A stretch of DNA of 58,402 bases, filler included, from Sluysia triapertura (GCA_046118255.1; 4 parts of 4 records of this genome joined end to end with filler, not necessarily neighbours in it); one strand, 5' to 3'; counted from the first letter of the whole stretch, positions 40,134 to 53,234 are shown. The notes: generated from the sequence alone by a model not told the origin. Numbers and translations: made by a program.

Positions 40134-40713
40134 ATTCATAAATAATAAAATTACCAAATTTAATTAAAAATAATACAAAATTTCGTGATATCAGATGATG
40201 AAAACAGATTTTTGTCATGATAAAAATAAACTTGATTAAAATAATTTTAGAATCATGATAAAATTCGATTCAGTTTGAATTGTGAAATATTATTTATTAA
40301 ATTGATTTTTAAATAGTTTTTAAAAATTAATATTTAATATTTTTATTTAATTAATTATTTAGTAAAACCATTTTATAATGTTAAAGAAAAGTGTTTGATT
40401 ATAAGTTCGCTTCTAAATGATAACAATATCATAATTATAAAAATGAAAAATAATGTAAGGCATGCACGTCTATAATAAAAATGATACTTTGCGAAAATGG
40501 GTATCACGACTATATTAGTGTTTGTTAATAATGGATTTTAGTGATTCTAAATCCCAGTCGATATAAATAGTCAAATTTTAATGAGTACGCTTCTGATCCA
40601 GTTCTTGTTACTTATTTTAATGCTTATAAAATCAGAGGTTAACTTTTAATCTTAATGTACTTACTAATATCAAAACAATAAGGTTATTACGATATATATT
40701 TAAGTAATCCAAA

Positions 40714-41100
40714 TGTGGTGGCATTAAACCAAACTTACAATGTTATTATGTAGGTCCTCATATAAAAAAGATACTACAAAACTAATATTGTGCTTGTAGT
40801 GAACACGAAATCAACTGAATAATTACAAACATAAATAAATTATTAAACAGATTACTCAAAGTCATACAAAACACAAACACAGTTGTAATAATTTATTATT
40901 ACTGTAATATTACAATTATTATTATCACAATAATAACTATTGTCATAATAATACTAAATTGTTATAATAATTCTGTAATTATCGTTATAACCAATGTTGT
41001 TACTGTTGTAATAGTTACTATTATTGTTACAAATGTTTCATTCATTTCTTTCCTTTTGGTACATACGTTTATGTAATGCACATGTTAATTGTTTCTCGCA
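40714..41100 (+). mobile_element. LTR-like terminus of the TGTGGTG family (diverged)
   Basis: TGTGGTGGCATTAAACC, then CA-rich and ATT-rich tracts. Confidence 0.4.
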
Positions 41101-41699
41101 TTTTATCATTATTGTTTATTTCTACATGATTTTATAATTGAAGTATTAATGAAATTTCTATCTAAACAGAATAATACGTAATTATTTAAATCCGAAGTTG
41201 ATAGTTTACAATGAACAATTTTTAAGTACTAATGATTAATTCAAAAATACAAAATGCGACCGTCGAAAGTAAATTTTGTTCCAAAATCATAAATTCTATT
41301 TACTGTCGATTTTAGTGATTTAGATTCTCATCGCAATGGGAAGCATAATGATACATCATCAATTTGAAAGAAATATCAAAAAAGTAAAACTAATCATTCA
41401 AATAAAATTAATCATACGAAAGCGTTTAAAATTGGGTTTAAAAGAACCAATTAAATCACAAAAACTTCAGTGAAATGTAGATCTACGATGAACTGAAAGA
41501 AAATTATAATTATACAATTATACAATTATTACAATAAATTTAAGAAGTCAATACAATAAATACGAAAAGTCAAAACATGAATTAAAGGAAAAATTGGTTA
41601 CACTTAGAAGGTAATTCCAAAAATAAAAATACTTATAATTATTACAAAAATAACAAAATTATAAAAATTGAAAAAACATCGATATTGGTAATAAAATGT

Positions 41700-42215
41700 A
41701 TGATAATAAAGTTACTTTTTCTGGGCCACATGAATTTTATCAGCTCGGAACAAACTCGTTAAATAATTCAAAACTACTATATTATAAATGGTTTCATTTT
41801 CAATTTCATTCATTGTGTACTTGCATTTCATTGTCATATGGTTTAGAATTCACTAATTTTTGTTGTAAATACGTATTTGTATTTGTAATTATATAACATT
41901 CATTATAATAGAAGTGACGTATCTTATTTTAAAAGTCAATTGATTTCAGAAATTTGTTTTGAAATTTATCCAGTTTTTATAGGTATAGTATGCTTATTTA
42001 CATTGTTAATATTCTTTAATAATTTTAATCATTCAATTTTCGTATATATTATACAAGGCACATTATATGGAAGCTTTCGATATAATAGACCATGGCTTAA
42101 TTATAATATTTTTAATTGTAAAAATTCTATTTCTTTAGGTCATAAAGTATTCATGGCCAGTGTTATCCTATATCGAGTATTATGAGTACGTTAGATACAA
42201 TACATATTAATCAGT
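41700..42215 (-). pseudogene. Maverick minor capsid (penton/PX) N-terminal relic
   Basis: YVLYLTYS*YSI*DNTGHEYFMT, PKEIEF, LPYNVPC, TIPIKTG and SEIN*LLK resemble PX FYLTLPSNSS..YPDNT.S.F.T.LPK.IEL / WYNV / IPPGYY / EIN. Confidence 0.5.
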
Positions 42216-43260
42216 ATATTTATCATTATTAATTATACTGCATCTACATCTACATCTACATATATATAATTTGTTTTGGAATAGAAGTTTTATTTTTTTG
42301 TTAATTTGTTTACGATAAGTTATTCTATCTTTGTTAAAGGCCATAAGCCTAAAATTTATATTCATAAAGTTCAATTAATTTTTGAAAATTTAAAAATAAA
42401 AATAGTAAAAATTTTAGTCAACATTTTTATAAAGATTATATTTTATAATTTGTTCAAAATTAAGAAATATAATAATGTTAGTATTAAGTATTAAAATACC
42501 ATGTTAATATTAAAATATATAAAAATAGAAATTTTTTCTGTATGTATTTTCTAGATTTCGTAAATAAATTAGTACACATTATTTTGTAAATAAAAAGTTG
42601 ATATTTATTGATTTTTTTAATTTAAGGAATTAACATTAACTTTGATATAAAAATAAAGGAGTTAATATTAATTTGAAGTAAGTATTTAATTGCAATTTAA
42701 TTAAAATAATTATGAAAATAATTTTATTAAAATAATTATCAAATGATAAAAATTAGAAATGCAAAATGTATATATTTATTTTCATTTTGTTTGAGTTTAG
42801 ACCTTCAAGTTAGTTTTTTCTTTATAAGTTTTAGGCCATTTTAAATTTTGCATTATAACAGATTTTCCATTATATAGAAAATCTTATAAAATCTATAATT
42901 ATATTATATTTTTTATTTTTATTTTGTTTGTTGATTGTAACTTTTTAACATTTATTTAATAAATTTTCGAGTTAGCCAACGGCGTTCTAATTACCAAAAA
43001 AGTTTTAAAATTTTGTCAGATTTTTACGGTTCTTAAATAGAACCGAAGAAAAAATTTTCCTTTTATTGATTCCATTTAAAAAAGGAATAAAAGGAAACTT
43101 CTAATATGTTGTTAATAGGTTCTATTTAATTCTGAACCTAAGAAAACTATAAATTAATTAAAATTCTTTATAAGGATTTTGGTTTTATTTAATAAGAGAA
43201 CCACACAAAATACAGTAAGTATATTCGACATCTTAAGAAAACAAACGAAACCCAAATTAG

Positions 43261-44230
43261 TGTGGTGGCCAACCCAATAATTTGAAATTTTACATCAACA
43301 AGATATAACAAAATCACATCAGAATATTTCATAATTGTAACTATCTTCAAACATTCTAAACATAAAATTTCATTACATCGAAAATCATCAAACATATACT
43401 TAAAAATTAATTTAAAACTTTTTAAATTTAATTCAACATATCACACATTCCATAACATTTTAACTATTTTCCATCAAAACCTTTTATCCTTTAGTTCTTT
43501 CAGATCCACTAAAAACATTTTTAAATTTACAACCCTACTACACAAAAACCATATCCACTTTCAAAACCATCAATCTACATCTTAAAATCAATCCAAAATA
43601 TTTCAAATTTACAATTTTTAACATTCAATCTTTAATATCACTCAAAATATTAAATCAACACTTTGAAATCCTTTTTAGAGAGTGCAATCAAATTGTTACT
43701 TCTTTAACATCTTTAGTTACGTATTATTTTCTTTAAACATTCTCCTATCAACCCTTTCTACACATTACATATAGTAATCACTGAACAAGGTCTTTTCAAA
43801 AGAATCTTAAAAGAAGTCCATTTTTATATAAGAAATCATTTGCAATGAATTTTAAATATGTCAAGAAATAAGATAAGATACAATAAAAATTCATGTTAAT
43901 ACAAAAAAGACAAAGATTTATGTTTTTTTACAATTCATTTCATTTTATTTTTCTTTATAATTATTATCATTTCCGTCATTTTTATTATCATTAATATTTA
44001 TTATTATTATTACTATAATTATTATGATCATTACTAATTCTCATTAATTTTAATTAAAAATTTTTATTTAGTGGTTTCTGTATAGTCATTACTGATAATT
44101 ACCCATAGATTGGCATGTAGGACTTATTTTTGTCTGATTGGACGTCCATTCGACTTCTTTTTGCAACTCGCATAACTGTATTATTAGTAGACGTCCAATC
44201 ACGACACAAAATCCAATCAATATAAACAAA
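43261..44230 (+). mobile_element. 5' LTR-like segment of the TGTGGTG family
   Basis: TGTGGTGGCCAAC, long CA-rich tract, AATAAA...AAAAAGACAAAGA, ATT-rich tract, then TTGGCATGTAGGAC (possible PBS near 44110). Upstream of CCCH copy E. Confidence 0.55.
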
Positions 44231-44329
44231 TTAAAATTAGTTTTGTTATTAATTTTTCAAAACAAAGTAAAAAGTAAACAGTTTTACACAAATTAAAAAG
44301 TAAATATTTTTAAAAACTTTAAATTAATG

Positions 44330-44589
44330 CAATCTGTTACTGCTCTGTAGTAGTAAAATCATTTCATTACAACATTGTCATGAATAGAACATTTAGTTTT
44401 TGGTTTTATATTTTATTCGAATATGTTGATGAAAAGTCAGTACTCAACTTTAATGGAAAAGATAATTTTAAAAATCAACATATTGTTCATTCTGATACTT
44501 GTATGTATATAAAAGATAAGAGATTTAAAGATGGATGTGAACTATTGCGATGTTTTAAAGACTATGGTGATTTATTAGGCCAAATTTAA
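44330..44589 (+). pseudogene. CCCH-family ORF copy E (heavily deleted)
   Basis: TFSFWFYI matches copy D LFIWFHV. KRFKDGCELLRCFKDYG is a shortened FKxGxC...CxxYG finger. Confidence 0.45.
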
Positions 44590-45739
44590 CTACAAATAAA
44601 AAATTTATTTTAGTTAGTATTGTCCAAGTTTAGTGGAGATACAATAAAATAAAACAGAATTTTAACGTGAGTCCACAAACGTACTAGGCTTACCAGTTAG
44701 AGCTAGCAGTTGGATTTGTAGATAAGATTTTTAAGTAATGGGAAGAAAGAATCATCTAAAGTGTAGCTTTCGCTAAAGTATTTCTTACTTAATAATTCGA
44801 TTATTAACTTCGATATAAACTGTCCAAGGTATACGTGATTTTGCTATTATTACCTTTCGATTTTAGTAGGATCTGGAGGTATACAATTTATTTTTAATTA
44901 AAGTAATTAAATCAATAGTTTAGTAAGTATTTTACGATGATCCTATGAAAAGGATCTATAAAAATGATTTTTCGTGATTAGACTTAAATTCTAATCGTTG
45001 AAAGTGTAATCTTCGATAGATTTTATATTTAAAACTGTAATTTTAAAAGACAGTAAACGATTACGTAATATGAAAATTAATAAAGGATTTTACAATGATA
45101 TAAAAAATAATAATTTGCGAGGAATTGGTTTAATTACTATCTCAATAATATTATAAAGCAGATTTTACGCTAGATCTATTATAAGATCTAATAAATTAAT
45201 TAAAAATTATTTTGCCTGTATTTTAAGAGGATGTTTTTACACATATCCTATCTTAATATAAACTAACTAATTATTTTTGCACAAGTTGCTAAACAGCTTC
45301 ACGAATTCTCTTGACAAATTAATTGACTAAATTGTATGAAAAATCTTGTAAAAGTGTTAACAAATTTCGTGGTTATTTATACTTGTTTTAGCCTGACCTT
45401 GGCCATACTAAAACAAATTATTTTATTTAATATATTAAAACAAATTATCATTTACTAATTAAAAATTAATAATTTAACTAATTGAAAACTAATTATTAAT
45501 TAAAAACAATTAATGTAAATATTAATCAAATAAAAACTAAAAATCACTTATTAAAATTACTTTAATATATTACTCCAAAATAAATAATATAAGTCATAAA
45601 TATTAAACATCAATAATTTTGTATCAGTAAAATTATGTACACATTATTCAATATTACTCATAACACAACAGTATGTTTCATGAATTGCTAGAAGTATCAC
45701 CGAAAATTATAAATTTTTTGAATTGTAAAAGTAATAAAA

Positions 45740-46624
45740 TTTATGTAAGAGTAGTGCAAGTACAAAACATTAGTACAAATTTTGACTAAACGATTTTACG
45801 CACTTCAATCCAAACAATTAAATGTAAATTGTTTATTCATTGAATTATATCATGGCAAATAAAAATAAAAGCATTCGTACATTAATTGTATCGGTTAATG
45901 ATCAAGTTACAGGAAATTTTATTAATATATTTTTAACTTATCATAAATATAGTAGATATCAATTCTTTAGCCATGACTAATAAAGTGAAATCATTAGAGA
46001 CAACATTGTCAAATGATAATTCAAAAGCTAACCATTTCAAATCGTTCTATAATGGGAATAAAACTCTACAAATGGCTCTCTGTCCGTATACGTCCACTCC
46101 AACTGGTGAATGTTACAAACACGGCAAAAATTGCGTTTACTGCCACACAATTTATGAATTTCATTATGTTCCCGGTTATCCAGCTTGCTTCGTAGATCAT
46201 TGTCTTAGGATAGAATCCATCTTATCAACTTTGAGAATCGAACCTGTTTTCAAAATCTAGTTTCCAATGTCAACAACATTATAAATGGTAGTTTTACTAA
46301 AGTTTCAGACAATTCTATGATGGAGAGTCAAATGGTAATAATTATATATTTTCACTTGAATTTTAATAACTTAAATCATTTTTATTTGTTATATTTTTTA
46401 GAATAATCTATGAATACTCTGAGTGGCATAACCGGAAAATAATAAAGCAATTCACAAACATAATTTTGTTTGATTTAGATTTAGTAAAAATAACTACTTT
46501 TAGCTCTTATTTTCGTTTATCAATAAATTTTAAAAGAATTAACTTCAATTTTTTTGTAAAATTCGTAAAGAAATAAGTTTGACAATATTTTTCAATCATT
46601 GCCTACACTTTTCTTCAAAAATAA
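45740..46624 (+). pseudogene. CCCH-family ORF copy F
   Basis: VQVQNISTN, ISWQIK, finger (LYK)MALCPYTSTPTGECYKHGKNCVYCHTIYEF, HCLRIESILSTLRIEPVFKI*, and C-terminus FSSYFRLSINFKRINFN...SIIAYTFLQK*. Confidence 0.8.
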
Positions 46625-47238
46625 ATTAATTCTATTAATAAAAGATTTAAAAATACAAATTGTCATATTTAACAAAGAAATAAACATATTACTACCACAA
46701 TTAAGTTATTAGGAAAAAACTTCTAAGAAATCAAGTGTTGAAAAACTTCTAAAAAATCAAGCGGTTAGCCCTAGCAGGTAAAACGAAGTACGTTGTGAAC
46801 TCACATACTTACTTTTATTCGTGAGTATTTAGCTTTATAATCTCACAATAAAATGTACTCAAATCTTTTCAATAAATTATAAAGCTTGAAAAGCACAACG
46901 CCCTCCATAGCACTAAACACATAACAATTCATAAAATCATGTAGAAAAGCCTATAGAAGTAGTAGAAGAAACTTTTACTGTAGGCGATCTCACCGATATT
47001 TATTCTTGTTCGTAAGTTTAACCAGAGCAAAAGTATCATCACATAATATTCAGTTATGAATTTTATAACTGTAAATTAATTTTTATAAAATTTAGTTTTT
47101 GAAAATTATATATATATATATATATATTTGGATACGATAAAATGTATTAATTTTAGTATTTTATTACAAAATTCTTAATTTATTTTCATTTTCGAAAATT
47201 GTACCGTTTTTTATTAAATATTTAATTAATATTTAGAC

Positions 47239-47325
47239 CAGCAGTCGTCAACCCGCGGCTCCGGAGCCGCATGCGGCTCTTTTCGCGAAAAACTGTGGCT
47301 CTCATGCAGATTTACAACAAATTAA
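47239..47325 (+). mobile_element. hAT (Charlie/Buster-type) transposon end, truncated by the gap
   Basis: ATTTAGAC|CAGCAGTCGTCAACCCGCGGCTCCGGAGCCGCATGCGGCTCTTT matches the recalled Charlie-type end CAGGGGTCGGCAACCCGCGGCTCCGGAGCCGCATGCGGCTCTT, with an NNNTAGAN-type 8-bp target. Confidence 0.85.
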
Positions 47326-47425
47326 NNNNNNNNNNNNNNNNNNNNNNNNNNNNNNNNNNNNNNNNNNNNTTAATTAATTAANNNNNNNNNNNNNNNNNNN
47401 NNNNNNNNNNNNNNNNNNNNNNNNN
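47326..47425. other. Artificial assembly spacer
   Basis: N44-TTAATTAATTAA-N44. Confidence 0.97.
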
Positions 47426-47507
<82 letters not shown>

Positions 47508-48049
47508 AAATACTGAATCAAAAATTAAAAAAACATTTTGATAATTTCAAAGGAAATAGTTTCAATTCTAGTATTCTCAGGAAACTTAAACTGCAAGAAA
47601 ATCATTTAAATGTAGAAAGTAAAGGAAAATGAAAGTATAATGGTAAGTAGGAACACAACAACTTACAATGATAGTAAAATAGAAATATGTATACTATTCT
47701 ACTCAGAACTAAACCATTTCATTTGAACACCCAAAGCATGTTTCTTAAATTAAAAAATACAATATTCTAAAAATTGTTTTAGTCATAAATTGTTTTAAAG
47801 CACTATCTACATAAAATACTTTGTTTCTTAGTTGCATAAAAATATTCATCCTTATTAAAAATTCGTTTTCAGCTTAATTTCAATTTTATATTATTTTTGA
47901 AAATTTCATCTGAGGTTTTAAATTTTAAAATTATTCAATCTACAATAAATTGTTTCACCATACCGAATTACTCAGTTTAGACTAGCATGAATAATCAGCA
48001 ACTATTATTGTCATAATTTTGATAGGATTTCCTAGTTAAAGTGTTATAG

Positions 48050-48253
48050 AACTGCGGAAATGTTTCGAATTTTCTATGATTGAGCAAAATAAAAAGAAAG
48101 AATAGCTAGATTTTTGAGTTTAATGTGGGATTTTTGGCTGAATTGAAGCGCGATTAAAATGGCAATAAGGCGATTACGCCCAACTCATTTGAAATTCATC
48201 GCCAATATGCCAAGGACTGGAAACAATAGATAGACTACAATGGTGAAATCTAA
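48050..48253 (+). pseudogene. Possible Tc1-like transposase C-terminal relic
   Basis: MWDF, ELK/SAIKMA, LKFIANMPR and IDYNGEI resemble Tc1 ENVW..ELK.AI..W..L..SMPRR..VI..NG. Confidence 0.3.
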
Positions 48254-48816
48254 ATTTAACTTCAGTTTGTACAATTCTATCACCTGATACCGATATCGGC
48301 AAATGCTGATTAGGGATACATCGGTAATCATTAATCCACTTCTCATGTCCTAATATTAAAGTGGTTAATTATGCTTGAAAGATTATCACAAATTTATTCA
48401 AGAGTCATTTGCAACTTCTGGACTTATTGGTAAAAATGTACGTAATATGTTCATGCACAATCAATTTAAAGAGTTAAAATTGAATGTATTTTACACGTTT
48501 ATCTGATAGTGAAGATAAGATAAAATAAAAAAATATTAAAGGAAATTAAAATCTTTGAAATAATACATACATGTGTCAAGAATTTAAAATAACGTCATAC
48601 CACAAAAGATTCGAATTATGCATTAAACAGTCAGGGAACCAGAACGGTTTGGTCGAAATCTGGTTCAAGTATGTGGAATAACATGCGAGATTAGGGTATT
48701 TAAAATTTTGGCAAAAAGTTTAATAAATGTAAATATTAGATATTGAGATTTACCAAATATTCAGTAAATCTTATGCATAATTATTATGTAATAACACATT
48801 TAAAAGAACAAAGTAC

Positions 48817-49007
48817 TTGTTCAATAAAAACTGCCAAGTAGAATGATTAATTTCGATTGTCAACTCATTAATAACCGACAGCTTTTCAGGCCGCACTGAA
48901 CCATGAGGACACAAAAATTCCCAATTAGTTATTGGACCTGGTTCAGCAAATGTGTTGAATCGTACCACCCATTGACGGCTCAAATAATATTTGAACATGG
49001 AATTGCC
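48817..49007 (-). CDS. USP33: Internal exon of ubiquitin carboxyl-terminal hydrolase 20/33 (first DUSP domain)
   Basis: ACAG acceptor and GTACTT donor bound [64 protein letters not shown]. Compare USP33 [34 protein letters not shown]. USP20 and USP33 cannot be distinguished. Confidence 0.9.
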
Positions 49008-49138
49008 CTGTTAATAAAAATAGTATATTTCACAAAACATATTATCGATTATCTATTTGCTATAAAACGCAAGTTCGAATTTTGGAATTATTAAGATTTG
49101 ATTGTGATTCTAATATATTAAAATAATTTCATTTTAAA

Positions 49139-49241
49139 ATGGGGTTCTAAACTGTGTCCTACGGAATACTGGCACATCGTTTTAATTATTTTTAATCTTT
49201 ATTTTTTGATTAAAATCTTTATCCAGTTTTGGTGACCCAAT
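49139..49241. mobile_element. Decayed hAT-type MITE in the USP intron
   Basis: GGGGTTCTAAACTG...CAGTTTTGGTGACCC imperfect TIRs resembling CAGGGGTTCCCAAACT. Confidence 0.45.
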
Positions 49242-49419
49242 TTTAGGAAGCAACTTTATCGAAAATGTGATTTCAATAAACCAGATGCAGAAAAATTAGG
49301 AGATTTTCAACTTTAGATTTAATGTGTTGAAGACAATTTATCATATAAATATAATGTGTACTTCCAAATATAAATATATATTTCCATTTGCATAATCCTT
49401 CACAAAATCAATGCATTTT

Positions 49420-50160
49420 TTGCGCAAATAAAAGGAGCAAATATTAAGCGTTCGTGGAGCTTCATTATACGAGCAGGTTCTTTAGTGAACAGATTCAAAT
49501 AACAAAGAACTTAAGAATATCATTCCAGGGTGGATGGCAAAGACCTATTCACATCCGTCAGGTCATAAAAATAAGGAGAAATACGAAGATATTGAGAAAA
49601 ATTAGAAAACAGATGCACGTAAATGCAAAACGATTAGAGCAATTAAAACGATTTCGAATTAATTCTTGAAAGTTGGAAAAGCGTCAGGAGTTTAATGAAC
49701 CAAAAAAATGAGCTAAAATACTCAATTCAATCACTAGTACAATATGGTATTGGCAAATAAATCCAGCTTATGTTACAATTTTGGAAACCTAAATTTCTTA
49801 TCATTGTTACACAAAATCCGTACTTTAAAGATATGTTGGTCCGTACCTTTATTGAAATGCAGCAACATTTCAAAGAACAGTCTTTCTCTTTAAGTGCCAT
49901 CCAGGACCTCACACAATACGAAGGAGTAATGCCGGTTTTTCCAAAATCTAGTTGCTTTCCCCGATTTGAAACCTACAGATTTCATTGTACAGCTGAAACC
50001 TATGCTGTAACTCATGCATACGTGAAGATTTTTAAGAAGTCAGTTGAACTGTTTTATACTTCTGTAAAACTTCAGTGAATAATCTGGTGGTCCAACTCAT
50101 TACACCTGCTTTTATAACACAATCAGGGTATAACAAATATGACACTCATAACATAATTAA
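49420..50160 (+). pseudogene. Unidentified GC-richer decayed coding sequence
   Basis: Two long frames (KELKNIIPGWMAKTYSHPSGHKNKEK... and MLQFWKPK...FETYRFHCTAETYAV...) with stops and frameshifts. No family recognised. Confidence 0.35.
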
Positions 50161-51735
50161 CGAAAATTCTCAGTTTAAATCATATAATCATTAAACATAA
50201 CAGTTTTTCTTATATATCTTACAAGCTTTACAATCAAGAAAACCTTTCTCATTAAATAGAACATTATAAATTTTAAACTGTATACTAGAAAAATTTTACG
50301 AATCATTAAAGATTATACACAAAGAGTATATTTAAAAGGATTTAATATTAGAACACCTAACAATATATAACTCTTCATATTTATTTTGAATTAAATTATT
50401 GTTTCAATTATGTACGATCTCGCGGATTAAAGACAAGAAGATTAAGAGAAAAAAAAAGAAAAGTATGACACAAATACACTGTCACCATATAATTGCATTC
50501 TACAGATCACCAATAGCCCAAACATTATCATCTCATCCTTATTTTTTCTAAATTGCAAATATATATGACAAATTTGAAACACGACACGTTTATTTGTAGG
50601 AGATTTCTGGTTGAAGTACAATTTAATTAATTTCTTTTATATTTTTATTAACTTTAGATGTATTTTTAAAGTTTTTACTGTCATGAACATAGGAATGACG
50701 AAATGGCATAGCATGGATTGTGTTAAAAAAGAACTTAGATTGTTTACAATAAAATTATAACGATAATTTAATAATAATAAAAATAATAAATAATGATAGT
50801 AAAAATGTGAACAATAAAGAATTGAAAAGTACAGAACTATGTAATAATAGTAATATTGCTATTAGTTAATATGCCAAAAGCTAACAAAAAGTTATTTAAA
50901 AAATTAAATAACAATAACACATTGATTGAAAATTAGTAAATAAAACGAAATACCAACTTTTTCAAATTGACCACAAAAATTTCATTTTGTTAATATTATT
51001 TACATGATCAAAACCAATGCAAAGTTATTCTTCATTTCCAATTTAATTAATTACACTTATTAACTTTTATCTATTAGTAGCTTTTATCCTTTGTTTATTT
51101 TCGTTACTATAATTTTACTTATTAATTTCATGTTTACTTGAATTTTAAAATTTAATTTACTTGAATGCCTTCATTAATTACATTGATTTAAACGCATAAT
51201 ACACAAGATTCATAATATTAATAAATTGTCTAGATCTTGTTTTAAAATTTATTCATACAGGTATAGTTATTGTTAGGAATTTATTAAATAAAGGTGATTT
51301 CAATGTTATAATAACAGAATGAAAAGAAATTTACAAGTGAATTTGTAAACGTAAATTTTGAATTGATTGTACATATTATTTTTATTATGGTTCACATATT
51401 TTAATCTATTTCTTAACCGTTATTTAATTTTGTAAAATAATTTGTGACAATTTTACTTATTTTGATCTTATATACTTAACGCAAGCTATTTCATTATTTT
51501 CATTAATGTTAGTATCGGAACTAATAATAATTGCTATATATTCATTATATAAATACATTTAAATTTTCGTACGAAATTTATAAAACTGTGGTTGATTTAA
51601 TATCTGGTAAACTACGAACAATGAAGAAATATGAAATAATACAATATAAAAGTAAAATTTCAAAAAATTGTTTTTAGGAATTTTATTTTGTTAAAGTTTA
51701 TTTATTTTATATTGAAATAAAACTGTGATTTAATA

Positions 51736-52722
51736 ATGAACATTTTAATAGAAGAAAATAAAGAATTTATTGAATATTTCAATAATTTGAATTTAAATAG
51801 TGGATTAAAATTTTTTGAAGGTTCATTTTATTATGCCAAATCAATAGCTGAAACTTCAAATAAACCGTTTATTGTTTATATGCATTGTGTTCCAAGAAGT
51901 AAAAATTTAAGTGTGCAAAATCGAAGAGCAAAATCATTTTTGACAAAATATTTATGTCATGATTTATTTGTAGAAGCCACATTAACAAATGACATGATTA
52001 TATGGCCAGTGAATGTTTCACGAAAAAGTTCACGTGATACATTGTGGGATATATTATCATATTTGACAAATGATAATTTTACAATGTATCGTGTTGACGA
52101 ATTAGAAAATTATACTTTTTTTAGTGGTAGACCGTCAGATAGTAGTGCTGCATTGATTTTAATGCAACGAATGATAACAGATTACTCTTTACGACAAATT
52201 ATATTCGTAGAAAGGTTTCTACCTAGAAGTTCTGAAGGACCTAATTATTTTATGGAAATATTTTACAATTTCATAAACGATTATAATAAAATTGAATCTA
52301 GACTTAGTAAAATTAGAACACAACGATTAGAAGAAATTGTAGAAGAAACAAAACAAGTCCAACTTAAAGAACAGAGATTGAACGAACAAGAACGAAGAAG
52401 CAAAGAAAGATCAGAAAGGCATTTAAATGCCCAACAAATCGTATCAGAATACAAAGATTACAAAGGTGCTGATGGTTATACATTGAAATTTCGACTTGAT
52501 GGTCAAATGATTACGAAAGTATATTCTCCTGATTCTACAGTTGAAGATTTAATTATATTTGTTGAATCACATGGTTTAATGAGAGAAGATATCGATATTA
52601 TCTATTATCCAAAAATAAATATATTGAAGAAATATAAAGAATCAACAAAATTATCGGAAACAAATATGAACAGAAAAGAATTAATCAATGTAGTTAGCTT
52701 AAATGATACATCAAATTCTTAA
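51736..52722 (+). CDS. Intronless UAS (thioredoxin-like) + coiled-coil + UBX domain protein, FAF1/FAF2-like p97 cofactor
   Basis: Intact 328-aa ORF. FFEGSFYYAKSIA...KPFIVYMH and LCHD...MIIWPVNV match the FAF UAS domain, followed by an E/Q/R-rich coil and LKFRLDGQMITKVYSPDSTVEDLIIFVESHG...YPK (UBX). AATAAA lies about 20 nt after the stop. Confidence 0.88.
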   Translation: MNILIEENKEFIEYFNNLNLNSGLKFFEGSFYYAKSIAETSNKPFIVYMHCVPRSKNLSVQNRRAKSFLTKYLCHDLFVEATLTNDMIIWPVNVSRKSSRDTLWDILSYLTNDNFTMYRVDELENYTFFSGRPSDSSAALILMQRMITDYSLRQIIFVERFLPRSSEGPNYFMEIFYNFINDYNKIESRLSKIRTQRLEEIVEETKQVQLKEQRLNEQERRSKERSERHLNAQQIVSEYKDYKGADGYTLKFRLDGQMITKVYSPDSTVEDLIIFVESHGLMREDIDIIYYPKINILKKYKESTKLSETNMNRKELINVVSLNDTSNS

Positions 52723-53234
52723 TTAGTATATTGTTATTTTTAAATAAAATAATTTAGTATTCAAAATTGTTTCACAGATTTGTTTATTAATTTGATTTGC
52801 GTTTAAATATTTAAGATACATTTTATTTATCCTGCCATATTTACGTTAAATTTACTTAAAATTTATAGGGGAAATTCTAAACGAAGGTTTTAAGTCTATT
52901 AAATTTATTATTATTTTGTGGTTAACAAATTTTTATTTATTTAAATTTTGTCACATAAAATCTTTCATAGTGTCTAATTGTTTAAAAAATAATAATTAAC
53001 TTCAATACGTAAAAAATATCAATACTATTTTGAAAATCTTATTTTATTACTCATAACCAAAATATTTATGTCAAGATTGATATATCTTCAATTTATTATA
53101 TAAAATATGTTTCAGATAATTTGACATTATCTGATTTTTGGTTTGAAACAAAATCATATTACTGTTACAAAGAAATTGTTATAAATCATATTAAACCCCA
53201 ATTTCTTATTCTTTCCAATATTTTATGGACTTAC

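Noticed and set aside
41696-42185. Plus-strand ORFs 41696-41896 and 41940-42185
   Set aside because: Antisense shadows of the minus-strand penton-like relic.
49960-50020. Tyrosine recombinase box (YRFHCTAETYA resembling FHxLRHTYA)
   Set aside because: The catalytic Arg is absent and no other recombinase motifs are found.
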